Positions 27,960-37,221 of a stretch of DNA of 62,574 nt are shown in pieces; within the stretch, counting starts at the first letter, position 1, and each line of letters begins with the position of its first letter. The stretch spans positions 1 to 62,574 of the forward strand of contig CALRGT010000005.1 in assembly GCA_943358095.1 (NCBI GenBank), given 5' to 3'. The notes beneath the pieces were generated by a model. It worked only from the letters and a program-made list of their open reading frames with translations. It was not told where the DNA came from and did no database searches. The position numbers were made by a program, and so were the translations under genes. The DNA is from an uncultured Candidatus Saccharimonas sp. Its GTDB lineage: Bacteria; Patescibacteriota; Saccharimonadia; Saccharimonadales; AQU-01.

Positions 27960-28937
27960 CTAACGAATATGTCCGGCTGTTTGGCCGACAATCAAACACA
28001 GACCGATTAGGCTAATTAGGGTAATGTCTAAAAGCATATGTGAGGCGACGTATTTTTCGCCTTTTCTTATCATTTTGTGTAGTTTTACTCCGTGTCTTGA
28101 GACTATTGTAAGAATTGCCAAAATAGATACGAGAACTGCGACAGTTGTAAGAATTGGTAATTTGCCGTTTGTGACCGTGGTTAGCCGTGAAATTTTGATT
28201 GTACTAGGCTCGACAAGAGGCCTAGCGTCAGTGTTGGGAGAAATAACGGCTACTGGTTCTGCAAATATTTGTGTTGTTGAGGTAGGCTTAGTGACAGCCG
28301 TGGCTGTTGGTGTGCTCTTTACGACTGGCGCAGATACGGGTGTTATTGGCACGAGCGGCATAGCATACTCTGCAACAACCACCGTCTCATTGCCGTTACT
28401 AACGTAATCGCTGGAATTTGCAAAGCCAAATCCTACTTCTTGAAACGAGCTATTAAGTAAATTCTCGCGGTGAGATGGACTATTCATCCAACCGGTAATA
28501 GTGTCGCCACTTGTCATGAATCCGAAAGCTAGATTTTCGCCTGCTTTGAAGTAAGCATAGCCTGCGTTATCAAAAAATGCCCACGGTTCAACACCATCTG
28601 GTGTGTTATGAGACCAGTAATTTCTGGTTACCATATCGTTAGCTTTTGCCTGGGCGGCTTGGTTTAATCTGGCGTTAATTGTAAGTGCGTTCAGTCCATT
28701 TAAAGAGCGTTGCTGATTCGTTTGCAACAATAAACTATCAACTCCAATGTTGGTGGCGTAGGCTAGAACGCCTTTTTTAGCATGAGGCTGCCACATGCTC
28801 GTGAAGACAATTCCGGTAACTAATATCAATATAAGTGGAATATAGGGAAGGTATACGTGCAGGAATTGTTTGGTATGTTTTTGATGTTTACCGTGACGCT
28901 TTTGGCTATGAGCACTGCGGTTGTTCGTTGCTGCCAT
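27960..28937 (-). CDS. CAP/SCP/PR-1-like domain membrane protein
   Basis: CAP core AAQAKANDM..WSHNTP..GENLAFG..GWMNSPSHRENLL, with one N-terminal and two C-terminal hydrophobic helices and a Thr/Pro-rich linker. Confidence 0.8.
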   Translation of the reverse strand: MAATNNRSAHSQKRHGKHQKHTKQFLHVYLPYIPLILILVTGIVFTSMWQPHAKKGVLAYATNIGVDSLLLQTNQQRSLNGLNALTINARLNQAAQAKANDMVTRNYWSHNTPDGVEPWAFFDNAGYAYFKAGENLAFGFMTSGDTITGWMNSPSHRENLLNSSFQEVGFGFANSSDYVSNGNETVVVAEYAMPLVPITPVSAPVVKSTPTATAVTKPTSTTQIFAEPVAVISPNTDARPLVEPSTIKISRLTTVTNGKLPILTTVAVLVSILAILTIVSRHGVKLHKMIRKGEKYVASHMLLDITLISLIGLCLIVGQTAGHIR

Positions 28938-28978
28938 ACATTTAGTATAGAGCGATGTGGCAATTTTACAAAGTAGTC

Positions 28979-29500
28979 TTAGTTCTTTAGCTTATCTGGG
29001 TTACGTATTTTCCATCGCAGCTGATAAAGGGCTATTGCGGCGGCTTGTGTGACGTTTAATGACTCTTTCTTTCCTAACATCGGTATTTCAAGTATTAGAT
29101 CGCAAAGTTTCAGTATTTTTGCATCGATTCCTTCGACTTCTCTACCTAGTATTAGTGCAATATCTTGATTATCAGTATAGTCGGTGATCGAAATAGAGTC
29201 ATCTGATTGCTCGAGTGCAGCAACTAGATAATTATCTGATTTTAAACTTTTAACTAGTGAATCTAAATCTTCAACGTACTCCCAATCAACAAACTCTTCG
29301 GCTCCCAAAGAGGTTTTAACTATTTGCTTGTGTATTTTGCTAGCAATATGTGGCAGCCTAATGTCGTTTTTTGATATTGGGTAAGGCGTATAGCCTGTAA
29401 AGTATATTTTGTGTACTCCTAAGCCGTCAGCGGTACGGATTAAAGAGCCAACATTATGTGCACTCCGTAGATCGTGGGCAATAACAATAATTTTTGACAT
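28979..29500 (-). CDS. SpoU/TrmH-family RNA 2'-O-methyltransferase
   Basis: LRSAHNVGSLIRTADGLGV, LILGREVEGI and IPMLGKKESLNVTQAAAIALYQL. The ATG at 29500 lies 7 nt after CATACT (29508-29513, - strand) and is preferred over 29518. Confidence 0.85.
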   Translation of the reverse strand: MSKIIVIAHDLRSAHNVGSLIRTADGLGVHKIYFTGYTPYPISKNDIRLPHIASKIHKQIVKTSLGAEEFVDWEYVEDLDSLVKSLKSDNYLVAALEQSDDSISITDYTDNQDIALILGREVEGIDAKILKLCDLILEIPMLGKKESLNVTQAAAIALYQLRWKIRNPDKLKN

Positions 29501-29605
29501 CAAGCACAGTATGGACAAATCTTAAGAAAGTGGCAAATTAAAAGTTATTTTGCTTTATTTTCTGACTCTATTTTGATGTAAAAACCCCACTATTCATATA
29601 TACTT

Positions 29606-31210
29606 ATGCTTATGTCACATGATATTCGACAAGATGAAGAGTTGTCTACCGCTAGGCGCGCCAAAGTTCTAGGTATGGACTACTTCGATACCTACAAGAA
29701 TAAAAGGCCTCTATTCAAACAAGTCCTAGCAGTTGGAGATATTAGGAAGTACCGCGTCGTACCTTTATTTGCAGATGAACACAATATTCTATTTGGTTTA
29801 ACTACTACGACTTCTCAACAGACTATCAACGGCTTAACACAGCATTTTCAAGACCAGCGAGTTGAGTATACTCTTATATCTGATACGGGTTTCAATGACT
29901 TTATGTTGCTGTACGACCCACCTAGGCAAGTTATTTATCAAGATATTGAAGTAGCATCAGCCGGAAATTCTGAACTGCTCAAAAAGGTATCTGCCATACT
30001 CGAACAGATTAAGGCCGATGACATGTTGGCTTATTTAGTTCAACAGGCTCACCGCCTCAATGCATCAGATATCCACTTTGAGAATCAGTCCAAATTTGCC
30101 AGAATCCGTTTTCGTATTGATGGAGTGCTGCATCCAATAGCGCAAATCAGCTTCGCTAAGGCTCATATTCTGATCTCAGCCATAGCCAGTGGAGCAAACG
30201 TCTCGACCGCCTCATTAGATGCGCAGCAGGGGCATATCGCAGAGAACACGAAAATGGCGGATGGTACTCAAGTTAGTATCAACTTGCGTGTCGAGACCGT
30301 ACCAGCTATCAACGGCATGGATATTGTCATGCGTTTATTCAATATGGACCAGAGTATGTACAACCTAGACAGATTGGGTCTATCTGACAAAGAAAGAAAA
30401 GTAGTAGAAGATATTATAGCTAAGCCGAGTGGTCTAGTCATGGTTGTCGGGCCTACAGGTTCTGGTAAGACTACGACTTTATATTCGATACTTCAAACTT
30501 TGAACACAGACGAGAATAAGATTATAACCATTGAAGATCCTGTTGAATATCAATTCGAAGGCGTGACTCAGATATCGGTAAACAATACTCCTGAGCATAA
30601 AACTAGCTTTGCCGATCAACTTAGAGCAGTATTAAGGCTCGATCCAGACGTCGTGATGGTTGGAGAGATTCGAGATAATGATACAGCCAAAACTGCTCTG
30701 CAGGCTGCTCTGACGGGACACCTTGTGTTGTCTACTTTTCACGCTAGTTCTGCGTCGGCTGCAATTACACGCATTATGGATATTATTGGCGAGAATCCAC
30801 TATTTCTATCTGCTATTCGATTAGTTATGGCGCAGCGACTTGTTAGGCGCCTAGATGATGCTATTAAGCAGCCCTATAAGCCTGACGAAAAGACCATGCA
30901 ACTAATTAAACAGGTAGTTGACGGACTTCCTGCTTCTGTAGAAAAGCCAAGTTTGGAAAACCTGCAACTCTATAAGCCAGGTGTATCTGAAGAAAATCCT
31001 TACGGCTATAAAGGCCAGTTGGCCTTGCGCGAACAATTCATAATGAGTGGACCAGTATATGAACTCTTGCAGAAGAGTCAAAAGTTAACAACTCAAGATA
31101 TTGAGGCTTCGGCTATAGAGAGCGGGATGACTACAATGTTGCAAGAAGGTGTTCTTAAGGCTATTAAGGGCGAAACTACACTAGAGGAAGTATATCGAGT
31201 CGTAGGATAG
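29606..31210 (+). CDS. pilB: Type IV pilus / type II secretion assembly ATPase (PilB/GspE family)
   Basis: N-terminal T2SSE_N-like domain, Walker A GPTGSGKTTT, Walker B VVMVGEIRD and His box GHLVLSTFHA. An alternative leaderless start is ATG 29612, 7 nt after TATACT (29599-29604). Confidence 0.88.
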   Translation: MLMSHDIRQDEELSTARRAKVLGMDYFDTYKNKRPLFKQVLAVGDIRKYRVVPLFADEHNILFGLTTTTSQQTINGLTQHFQDQRVEYTLISDTGFNDFMLLYDPPRQVIYQDIEVASAGNSELLKKVSAILEQIKADDMLAYLVQQAHRLNASDIHFENQSKFARIRFRIDGVLHPIAQISFAKAHILISAIASGANVSTASLDAQQGHIAENTKMADGTQVSINLRVETVPAINGMDIVMRLFNMDQSMYNLDRLGLSDKERKVVEDIIAKPSGLVMVVGPTGSGKTTTLYSILQTLNTDENKIITIEDPVEYQFEGVTQISVNNTPEHKTSFADQLRAVLRLDPDVVMVGEIRDNDTAKTALQAALTGHLVLSTFHASSASAAITRIMDIIGENPLFLSAIRLVMAQRLVRRLDDAIKQPYKPDEKTMQLIKQVVDGLPASVEKPSLENLQLYKPGVSEENPYGYKGQLALREQFIMSGPVYELLQKSQKLTTQDIEASAIESGMTTMLQEGVLKAIKGETTLEEVYRVVG

Positions 31211-31309
31211 CTTTTGTGGTATGTTTTGGTGGTTAAGTCACTATTCCAATCCCGCAACAGATATGGTATACTTGATTTAAAGAGTTAAATAAGGTAGAGT
31301 AGTAAGTCT

Positions 31310-31735
31310 ATGCAAAGCGTAATACATGCAGTTGAAGCAAAATACAAAAAACACGCCGTCGTCGACGTTAAGTCTGGCGATACTGTAAAAGTACACCAGA
31401 AAATTAAAGAAGGCGCTAAAGAGCGCGTTCAGATATTTGAAGGTTTGGTTATTCGTGCATCACGCAAGGATAGTTTAACTAGCACAATCTGTGTACGTAA
31501 GATTGCAAGCGGCGTTGGTGTTGAAAAGACCTATCTATTACACAGTCCTAACGTTATTAAAATCGAAGTAACTAAGCGAAGTAAAGTACGCCGAAATTAC
31601 CTAAGTTACATGCGCGCACTTACAGGTAAAAACGCTCGTCTTAGTAGTGTCGAGTTTGACAAAAGAGGCGTTAACGATATCCCTGAACCCGTAGTAAACG
31701 AAGAAGTTGTTGCTGAAGACGCAAAAACTGAATAG
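31310..31735 (+). CDS. rplS: 50S ribosomal protein L19
   Basis: GDTVKVHQKIKEGAKERVQIFEGLVI and RKIASGVGVEKTYLLHSPNV are typical of L19. There is a short acidic C-terminal tail. Confidence 0.95.
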   Translation: MQSVIHAVEAKYKKHAVVDVKSGDTVKVHQKIKEGAKERVQIFEGLVIRASRKDSLTSTICVRKIASGVGVEKTYLLHSPNVIKIEVTKRSKVRRNYLSYMRALTGKNARLSSVEFDKRGVNDIPEPVVNEEVVAEDAKTE

Positions 31736-31758
31736 TTAGACAAAAAGCTATAAAAGCA

Positions 31759-31785
31759 AAAAAGCCCAGAATTACTGGGCTTTTT
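31759..31785 (+). terminator. Rho-independent terminator after rplS
   Basis: Stem GCCCAG (31764-31769), loop aatta, stem CTGGGC (31775-31780), then TTTTT. An A-run precedes it. Confidence 0.75.
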
Positions 31786-31853
31786 AATGTCATATAAATG
31801 ACAAACGAATATCTGTACTAGTAACATCTAACACGATAGGCGATACTAATATT

Positions 31854-32432
31854 ATGATAGGAATAGACGAGGTTGGTAGAGGTTGTTGGGCAGGTCCGTT
31901 ACTAATAGTGGCTGCAAGACCAAAAGCAGATCTACCTGTGGGTTTAAAAGATTCCAAGAAGCTATCTGCTAAACAGCGCGAAAAGCTTTACCCTTTGATT
32001 ATTGAAAGTTGCGACCTTGGAGAGGGTTGGGTTGGGCCAGAAGAGATTGATAGTGTCGGATTAGCTCAGGCAATGATTCTGGGAGTTCAGAGAGCTCTGG
32101 ATAATATCGATCCATCAAAAGCCGAGGAAGTTATTATGGACGGAGATATAAACTATGTATCCAAGATTCCAGCTCACGGTTCATTAAATAGTCGAGCCGT
32201 CATTAAAGCCGACGATGAATACCCTATAGTGAGCGCCGCCAGTATCTACGCAAAAGTAAAACGAGATGAATATATGAGCAAAGCTAGCCTTGAATTTCCT
32301 GGCTATGGTTTCGAAAAGCATGTAGGTTATGGAACGTCTCAGCATCTGCAGGCGATGCAAGCCTTAGGCGTAGTCAAATTGCACAGATTATCCTTCAAGC
32401 CCGTCAAACAGATGCTAATAAATAGAGTGTAA
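31854..32432 (+). CDS. rnhB: Ribonuclease HII
   Basis: IGIDEVGRGCWAGPL, DSKKLS and ASIYAKVKRD. Confidence 0.92.
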   Translation: MIGIDEVGRGCWAGPLLIVAARPKADLPVGLKDSKKLSAKQREKLYPLIIESCDLGEGWVGPEEIDSVGLAQAMILGVQRALDNIDPSKAEEVIMDGDINYVSKIPAHGSLNSRAVIKADDEYPIVSAASIYAKVKRDEYMSKASLEFPGYGFEKHVGYGTSQHLQAMQALGVVKLHRLSFKPVKQMLINRV

Positions 32433-32779
32433 TGACAAATTATGCGAACGGTCACAAGGCAGAAGAAGTTGCTGCAAAATATTTAGAACAATTAGGCTAT
32501 AAAATTATCGAACGCAACTACCGAACTCGAATGTGCGAAATTGACATAGTGGCAAAACGTAGAGATGTTATTTATTTTATTGAAGTTAAATATCGACTAA
32601 ATGCTCAGCAGGGAGCTGGCCTCGATTATATAACAGACAAAAAACTTAGACAGATGCGTTTTGGGGCAGAAGTGTGGCTGATTAATGATGGTTGGAATGG
32701 CGACTATAGGCTATCCGCAATAAATGTCGACGGATTTGATTATACAGTTACAGAGTTCATTGAAAGTGTGAACTATTAG
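32432..32779 (+). CDS. YraN-family (UPF0102) endonuclease-like protein
   Basis: GHKAEEVAAKYLEQLGYKIIERNYR..CEIDIVA..IYFIEVKYR. TAATG overlap with rnhB. Confidence 0.8.
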   Translation: MTNYANGHKAEEVAAKYLEQLGYKIIERNYRTRMCEIDIVAKRRDVIYFIEVKYRLNAQQGAGLDYITDKKLRQMRFGAEVWLINDGWNGDYRLSAINVDGFDYTVTEFIESVNY

Positions 32780-35412
32780 ATTTGATTCTTGAAGAAGGCT
32801 TTAACTTCTTTAAGGCTGCGCTTTTTCCAGGCAGATTGCCACTGTATCATCTCAATGCCTTGATTGTAGGTTCTCTCAAGCGTAATGGACATTCTCGGCA
32901 AGAAGAAGGCTTTGTACTCTTCAAGGAATTTTTCGTCGCTGAAGGCTCTACCAACATATACCGGCATTCTATAGAAGCTTAGGTCGCTGCCTAATGTTTT
33001 TTCTAGCCAATCCCAGTGTGTTTTGAGCCAATCCCATGTCTGTTGTTTGGCGTGGCGATTAAGGAGGCTGTAGGCGATCCAATAGGTAATATCTTGGGCT
33101 CGAACATGGTCGCTGTCTATCATACTGAGCGCTTGGTCGATTATTTCTGGTTGTTTGAATCCAGTGAGGGCTGCTGAAAGCGTAACTCTCTCTTCGCTTA
33201 AGGTGGCCTCATTATGAAGTTTTAGAAGTTTATCGAACTCATCCTGTCCGCCTAGTCTGGCAGCAGTACCATACACAGTTCCTCTAAGATCTGGGTCGAT
33301 GTCTATGCCTCGTTTTACTTTTCGCTGTGATGGGTTTACTAACAGATCGCTGTCAATTTCTTGGTTGTGCTCTATTTTGGCAAATAATTCTAAACAGTGC
33401 TTAACAATTGTCGGTTCATCAGCAGCCGATGCCATTCCTAAAATAATTGGTCGTAGTAATTTGTCGAAGTGTGATTCTCCAGACAATCGTTCCCAGCCTA
33501 ATCTTTTTAGCTGTGAGGCGATTAGCTTCCGTTTAAAAGGCTTCATATCTTCTCTTAATTCGTCGTCGTTCATAGTCATTCTTAGGGCGCCAATCGTCAT
33601 GCTGATAGCGTCCCAGACGGCATAATTGTCCTCATTCTTGAAGTTACTTATAAAATGAAGCATGTCGGCAGTATCTGCGTAGCCGGCCTTAGCAGATTCA
33701 GACAAGTCGGATAATATACCAAGTCTGTCTATTGGTCCTAAGTGGCCCTTCTTGATCTGTGCTCCAAGTCTAACTAGATGTGAACTATTGTAAGTTGTGC
33801 GATAAAACCCACTATGATTTTGATTAAGTTTGAATTCAGTAGTATCGTGTACTTTAAATGTCTCGGTCTGTGTATCAAATAATTCTGGAAGTTTCGAATT
33901 TTTAGACTGTAGTGCAACTGGCCATAGAGTTTCCGGTAATTTGCTATGCGAAGGATTTGTAAAGAAGCGTTCCTGACTAATTGTTACAGAGTTACTCTCA
34001 ACTTTTGCTCTGACTAATGGGAACCCTGGTTGACTGGTCCAGGCGTCCATAAAATCTTTAACAGGCTTTTCTGACGCTTCTTCCATAGCGTCCCATAGGT
34101 CTTTGGTGTCAGTATTGCCATAGGAATGCTTCTTGAGATAGTAGCGTAGGCCAGTCTGAAATGTTTGTGGCCCTAAGTAGCTATGTAGCATATGTATGGT
34201 GCTTGCACCTTTGGAATAGCTGATGGCGTCAAATATAGACCGTATTTCATCAGGATGAGAAACTGGTACTTCAATAGGGTGAGTGTGCTCCAGGGCATCA
34301 AGCTTAAGAGCTTGCTGTTGTTCGTCAATTATAAACTGAGTCCACATCTTCCATTCAGGGAAGATATGATCAACTGCTAAGTATTCTATCCAGCTAGCAA
34401 AGCCCTCATTTAGCCATAAATCTGTCCACCAACGCATTGTGACTAGGTTGCCGAACCATTGATGGGCTAATTCGTGAGCAACAACCATCGCCACGTATTG
34501 TTTGGTTGCGAGGCTGGTATTCTTTGGATCAACAAGCAATGCGTGCTCTCTAAAGGTTATGCAACCCCAGTTTTCCATCGCTCCTGACGCAAAGTCAGGT
34601 AGGGCGATTAAATCACATTTAGGTAGAGGATAGTCGATGCCGAAATAATCATTAAAGAACTCAAGGCACTTAACCGCTACGTCTAGAGCGAATTTCGTGT
34701 GTTCGACATTATCTGGAGTAGCGTAAGCCCTAACTAGGACATTGTCTTTGGTTTTTTGCTCTAAGTAATCGAGTTCACCGTAAATAAAGGCTAGCAAGTA
34801 GGTGGACATGTGGGGCGTAGTTTCAAAAGTGGTCTTAACTAGTTCGACAGATTTAGCGTTTTTGCTAGGTAATGGAACTTGCTTGGCGACAGGCGTATTA
34901 GCTAGAACCGCTTCGTTTGCTGGTGTGGTAAGGCTTAGTGCGAATGTAGCTTTTGCTTCTGGCTCATCAATACACGGGATAACTTCTCTGGCGTGGTGGC
35001 TTTCGAACTGAGTGGCGATTAACTTCTTGTCTATTCCATCGTGCTTAAAGAAACAAGGATATACACCGTTCATTTGCTTGGTAATCTTGCCCGTAAATTC
35101 TAGGGCGACGGTATATCGGCCTGGGTACTGAGTCTTAGGAGAATGTAGCCTGACTTCTGTGAAGCCCTCGTGGTGGTTTATGCGATCAATTTCAATAACT
35201 TCGTCACCGTTTTTGTCGTGACGTACTACTACTGCGGAAGTTATTTTTAAGCCTTTTTGATGAAAGGTGAGTCGTTGGTTTGGTTTACCTACTTTTTGCC
35301 CTGTTATTACGACGCTACCAGAAAAAGTCATTTTGTCTCTGTCAGGGATTAGGTCTATGTCATAATTTTTGGGTATAAAGCCCGTGTATAATCTTTTAAC
35401 AGTCTTGCTCAT
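32776..35412 (-). CDS. pepN: M1-family aminopeptidase N
   Basis: GAMENWG exopeptidase motif, HELAHQWFGN...WLNEGFA zinc site and a long ERAP1-like C-terminal domain. 878 aa. Confidence 0.92.
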   Translation of the reverse strand: MSKTVKRLYTGFIPKNYDIDLIPDRDKMTFSGSVVITGQKVGKPNQRLTFHQKGLKITSAVVVRHDKNGDEVIEIDRINHHEGFTEVRLHSPKTQYPGRYTVALEFTGKITKQMNGVYPCFFKHDGIDKKLIATQFESHHAREVIPCIDEPEAKATFALSLTTPANEAVLANTPVAKQVPLPSKNAKSVELVKTTFETTPHMSTYLLAFIYGELDYLEQKTKDNVLVRAYATPDNVEHTKFALDVAVKCLEFFNDYFGIDYPLPKCDLIALPDFASGAMENWGCITFREHALLVDPKNTSLATKQYVAMVVAHELAHQWFGNLVTMRWWTDLWLNEGFASWIEYLAVDHIFPEWKMWTQFIIDEQQQALKLDALEHTHPIEVPVSHPDEIRSIFDAISYSKGASTIHMLHSYLGPQTFQTGLRYYLKKHSYGNTDTKDLWDAMEEASEKPVKDFMDAWTSQPGFPLVRAKVESNSVTISQERFFTNPSHSKLPETLWPVALQSKNSKLPELFDTQTETFKVHDTTEFKLNQNHSGFYRTTYNSSHLVRLGAQIKKGHLGPIDRLGILSDLSESAKAGYADTADMLHFISNFKNEDNYAVWDAISMTIGALRMTMNDDELREDMKPFKRKLIASQLKRLGWERLSGESHFDKLLRPIILGMASAADEPTIVKHCLELFAKIEHNQEIDSDLLVNPSQRKVKRGIDIDPDLRGTVYGTAARLGGQDEFDKLLKLHNEATLSEERVTLSAALTGFKQPEIIDQALSMIDSDHVRAQDITYWIAYSLLNRHAKQQTWDWLKTHWDWLEKTLGSDLSFYRMPVYVGRAFSDEKFLEEYKAFFLPRMSITLERTYNQGIEMIQWQSAWKKRSLKEVKAFFKNQI

Positions 35413-35446
35413 AGGGTTAATTTTAGCATAGACAGAGTGTGTAAAA

Positions 35447-35475
35447 TTGACAATTTAAGCTGGGGATAGTAATAT
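35447..35475 (+). promoter_or_regulatory. Promoter TTGACA-N17-TAATAT upstream of nusA
   Basis: TTGACA at 35447-35452 and TAATAT at 35470-35475. The -35 overlaps the - strand TTGTCA of the divergent pepN promoter (TTGTCA-N17-TATGCT). Confidence 0.55.
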
Positions 35476-35490
35476 TATCTTGTACATTAG

Positions 35491-35514
35491 TCCGGCCAGC
35501 AGGTCGGATTTTTT
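35491..35514 (+). terminator. Promoter-proximal intrinsic terminator/attenuator in the nusA leader
   Basis: Stem TCCGGCC (35491-35497), loop agca, stem GGTCGGA (35502-35508, one G-U pair), then TTTTTT (35509-35514). It lies about 10 nt after the predicted TSS and 47 nt before the nusA ATG. Confidence 0.55.
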
Positions 35515-35560
35515 AAGTTAAAGACTCTATCCAAACAATAATTCAAGAAAGGAATATAAA

Positions 35561-36724
35561 ATGGAACTAGATATGAAACAACTAGCTGTTGCCGTTAAGG
35601 CTATAGCTGAGGAAAAAAACTTGCCCGAAGAGGCAGTTCAGGAAATTGTTGAACAGGCTCTTGCGGTAGCTTATCGCCGAGATTACGGCGACAGAGAGCA
35701 AGAAGTCCGCGTTACTATGAACTTGAACAACGGCGAAGTTGACGCTTATATTACAAAAGAAATTGTAGACACTGTAACCGACAAGCAATTCGAAATTAGT
35801 TTGGGCGACGCTCAAGTAGTTCGCAAAAATGCTGCAGTTGGCGAGACAATTGAAATACACGAAAAAGTTAATGACTTCGGTCGTGTTGCTGCCCAGAATG
35901 CAAAACAACATATCTTGCAAAGATTACGAGAAGCAGAACGCGAGACTATTATGACTGAATACGAAGATAAAATCGGTACAGTTATTAATGGTGTGGTCAG
36001 CAAGGTTGAGGGTAACATCGTACGAGTAGAGCTAGGAAAAGCACAAGGAATTATGCCTAAAAGTGAGCAGATTCAGAACGAGCACTATTATCCTGGCCAA
36101 AGAATCAAAGTATTTCTAAAGGACGTTGAACGTGGATTCCGTGGACCACAATTAGTTGTTAGTCGTGGTAACAAAGAATTTATTGAATGGCTATTTAGAG
36201 CAGAAGTTCCAGAAATGGAGAACGGCTCAGTCGAAATCAAGGGTATCGCCAGAGAAGCTGGTGTCCGTACTAAGATAGCAGTAAGTAGCTCAACTCCTGG
36301 AGTAGATCCAGTTGGCACATTCGTTGGCGGTCATGGTATGCGCGTTAATGCTGTCATGAGTGAAGTTGGCGAACAAGAGAAGATAGATATTGTAGTCTGG
36401 AATGAAGAAACTCGTGCATATATAACTAATGCTCTTAGCCCGACTAGAGTATCAAAAGTTACGCTAGATGAAGCAACCAAAAAAGCCACAGTAGTTGTGC
36501 CAGAAGATCAGCTAAGTATTGCTATCGGCAAAAGCGGTCAAAACGTACGCCTTGCAAGTAAGCTTGCTGGTTATGACATCGACATTGTTTCAGAAAGCGA
36601 ACAGCCTGTGTCTAAGACAGAGGCATCAGAAGTAAAAGTTACAAAACCATCCCTACCTAAGCTTAAGAAAAAGGAACAGCTGGAAAGCTCATTGCTAGAA
36701 GCTATCGAGGAGCACGGAGAGTAA
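35561..36724 (+). CDS. nusA: Transcription termination/antitermination factor NusA
   Basis: NusA N-terminal domain, S1 domain (GTVINGVVSKVEGNIVRVEL) and two KH domains (IAIGKSGQNVRLASKLAGYDIDI). AAAGGA SD 7 nt upstream. Confidence 0.93.
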   Translation: MELDMKQLAVAVKAIAEEKNLPEEAVQEIVEQALAVAYRRDYGDREQEVRVTMNLNNGEVDAYITKEIVDTVTDKQFEISLGDAQVVRKNAAVGETIEIHEKVNDFGRVAAQNAKQHILQRLREAERETIMTEYEDKIGTVINGVVSKVEGNIVRVELGKAQGIMPKSEQIQNEHYYPGQRIKVFLKDVERGFRGPQLVVSRGNKEFIEWLFRAEVPEMENGSVEIKGIAREAGVRTKIAVSSSTPGVDPVGTFVGGHGMRVNAVMSEVGEQEKIDIVVWNEETRAYITNALSPTRVSKVTLDEATKKATVVVPEDQLSIAIGKSGQNVRLASKLAGYDIDIVSESEQPVSKTEASEVKVTKPSLPKLKKKEQLESSLLEAIEEHGE

Positions 36725-36726
36725 AG

Positions 36727-37179
36727 ATGTCAGAAGAGCTTAATGGATATGAGCTCAGAGAATACGACGCACTTGATTTAATCAGGTCGTTCGAAAATGA
36801 CGAATTTCATAACAAATTAGGGGCTACTGTAATAATGACATACTCGCTTCATAGCGAGGGTTACGAAAAGGAAACTAGCCGAATAGCCTACGGTGCGGAG
36901 CTTCATGGTTTGGTTCAAGACGAAGATGAGCGTTGGAGCGCGGATGTTACCGAGACTATTGCTACGATCTATGACAAAAAAACACTGCCACAGTTGTATG
37001 CTAGCCATAGAGATCAAGAAGACGAAGTCCTGGAAGTGCCTATCACTTTTACTATGGCGGAAGCTTTAGCTGAGTTTCAGCGCAAGTCAGTAAAGTTGCC
37101 AATTGAGCCTGCAAGAATTTCTCGTAGGCTTGGGGACATCTGTTCGCTGGTTGTAAGCAGGCACTTTCCGACAATTTAA
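36727..37179 (+). CDS. Hypothetical acidic protein (150 aa) immediately after nusA
   Basis: ORF starts 2 nt after the nusA stop. No YlxR (RxC..C) or L7Ae motif. Confidence 0.6.
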   Translation: MSEELNGYELREYDALDLIRSFENDEFHNKLGATVIMTYSLHSEGYEKETSRIAYGAELHGLVQDEDERWSADVTETIATIYDKKTLPQLYASHRDQEDEVLEVPITFTMAEALAEFQRKSVKLPIEPARISRRLGDICSLVVSRHFPTI

Positions 37180-37221
37180 TCCTAGTCTTAATGTCTACTT
37201 CAACAATTTAAGTCTTGTAAC

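Noticed and set aside
28024-28407. Antisense or shadow ORFs inside well-supported genes, e.g. 28024-28407, 35582-35920, 38710-39102, 26338-26685, 33299-33625, 42767-43069 and 10304-10603
   Set aside because: Each is embedded in a long gene with strong family motifs on the other strand or frame. They have no motifs of their own and a low-complexity composition typical of frame shadows.
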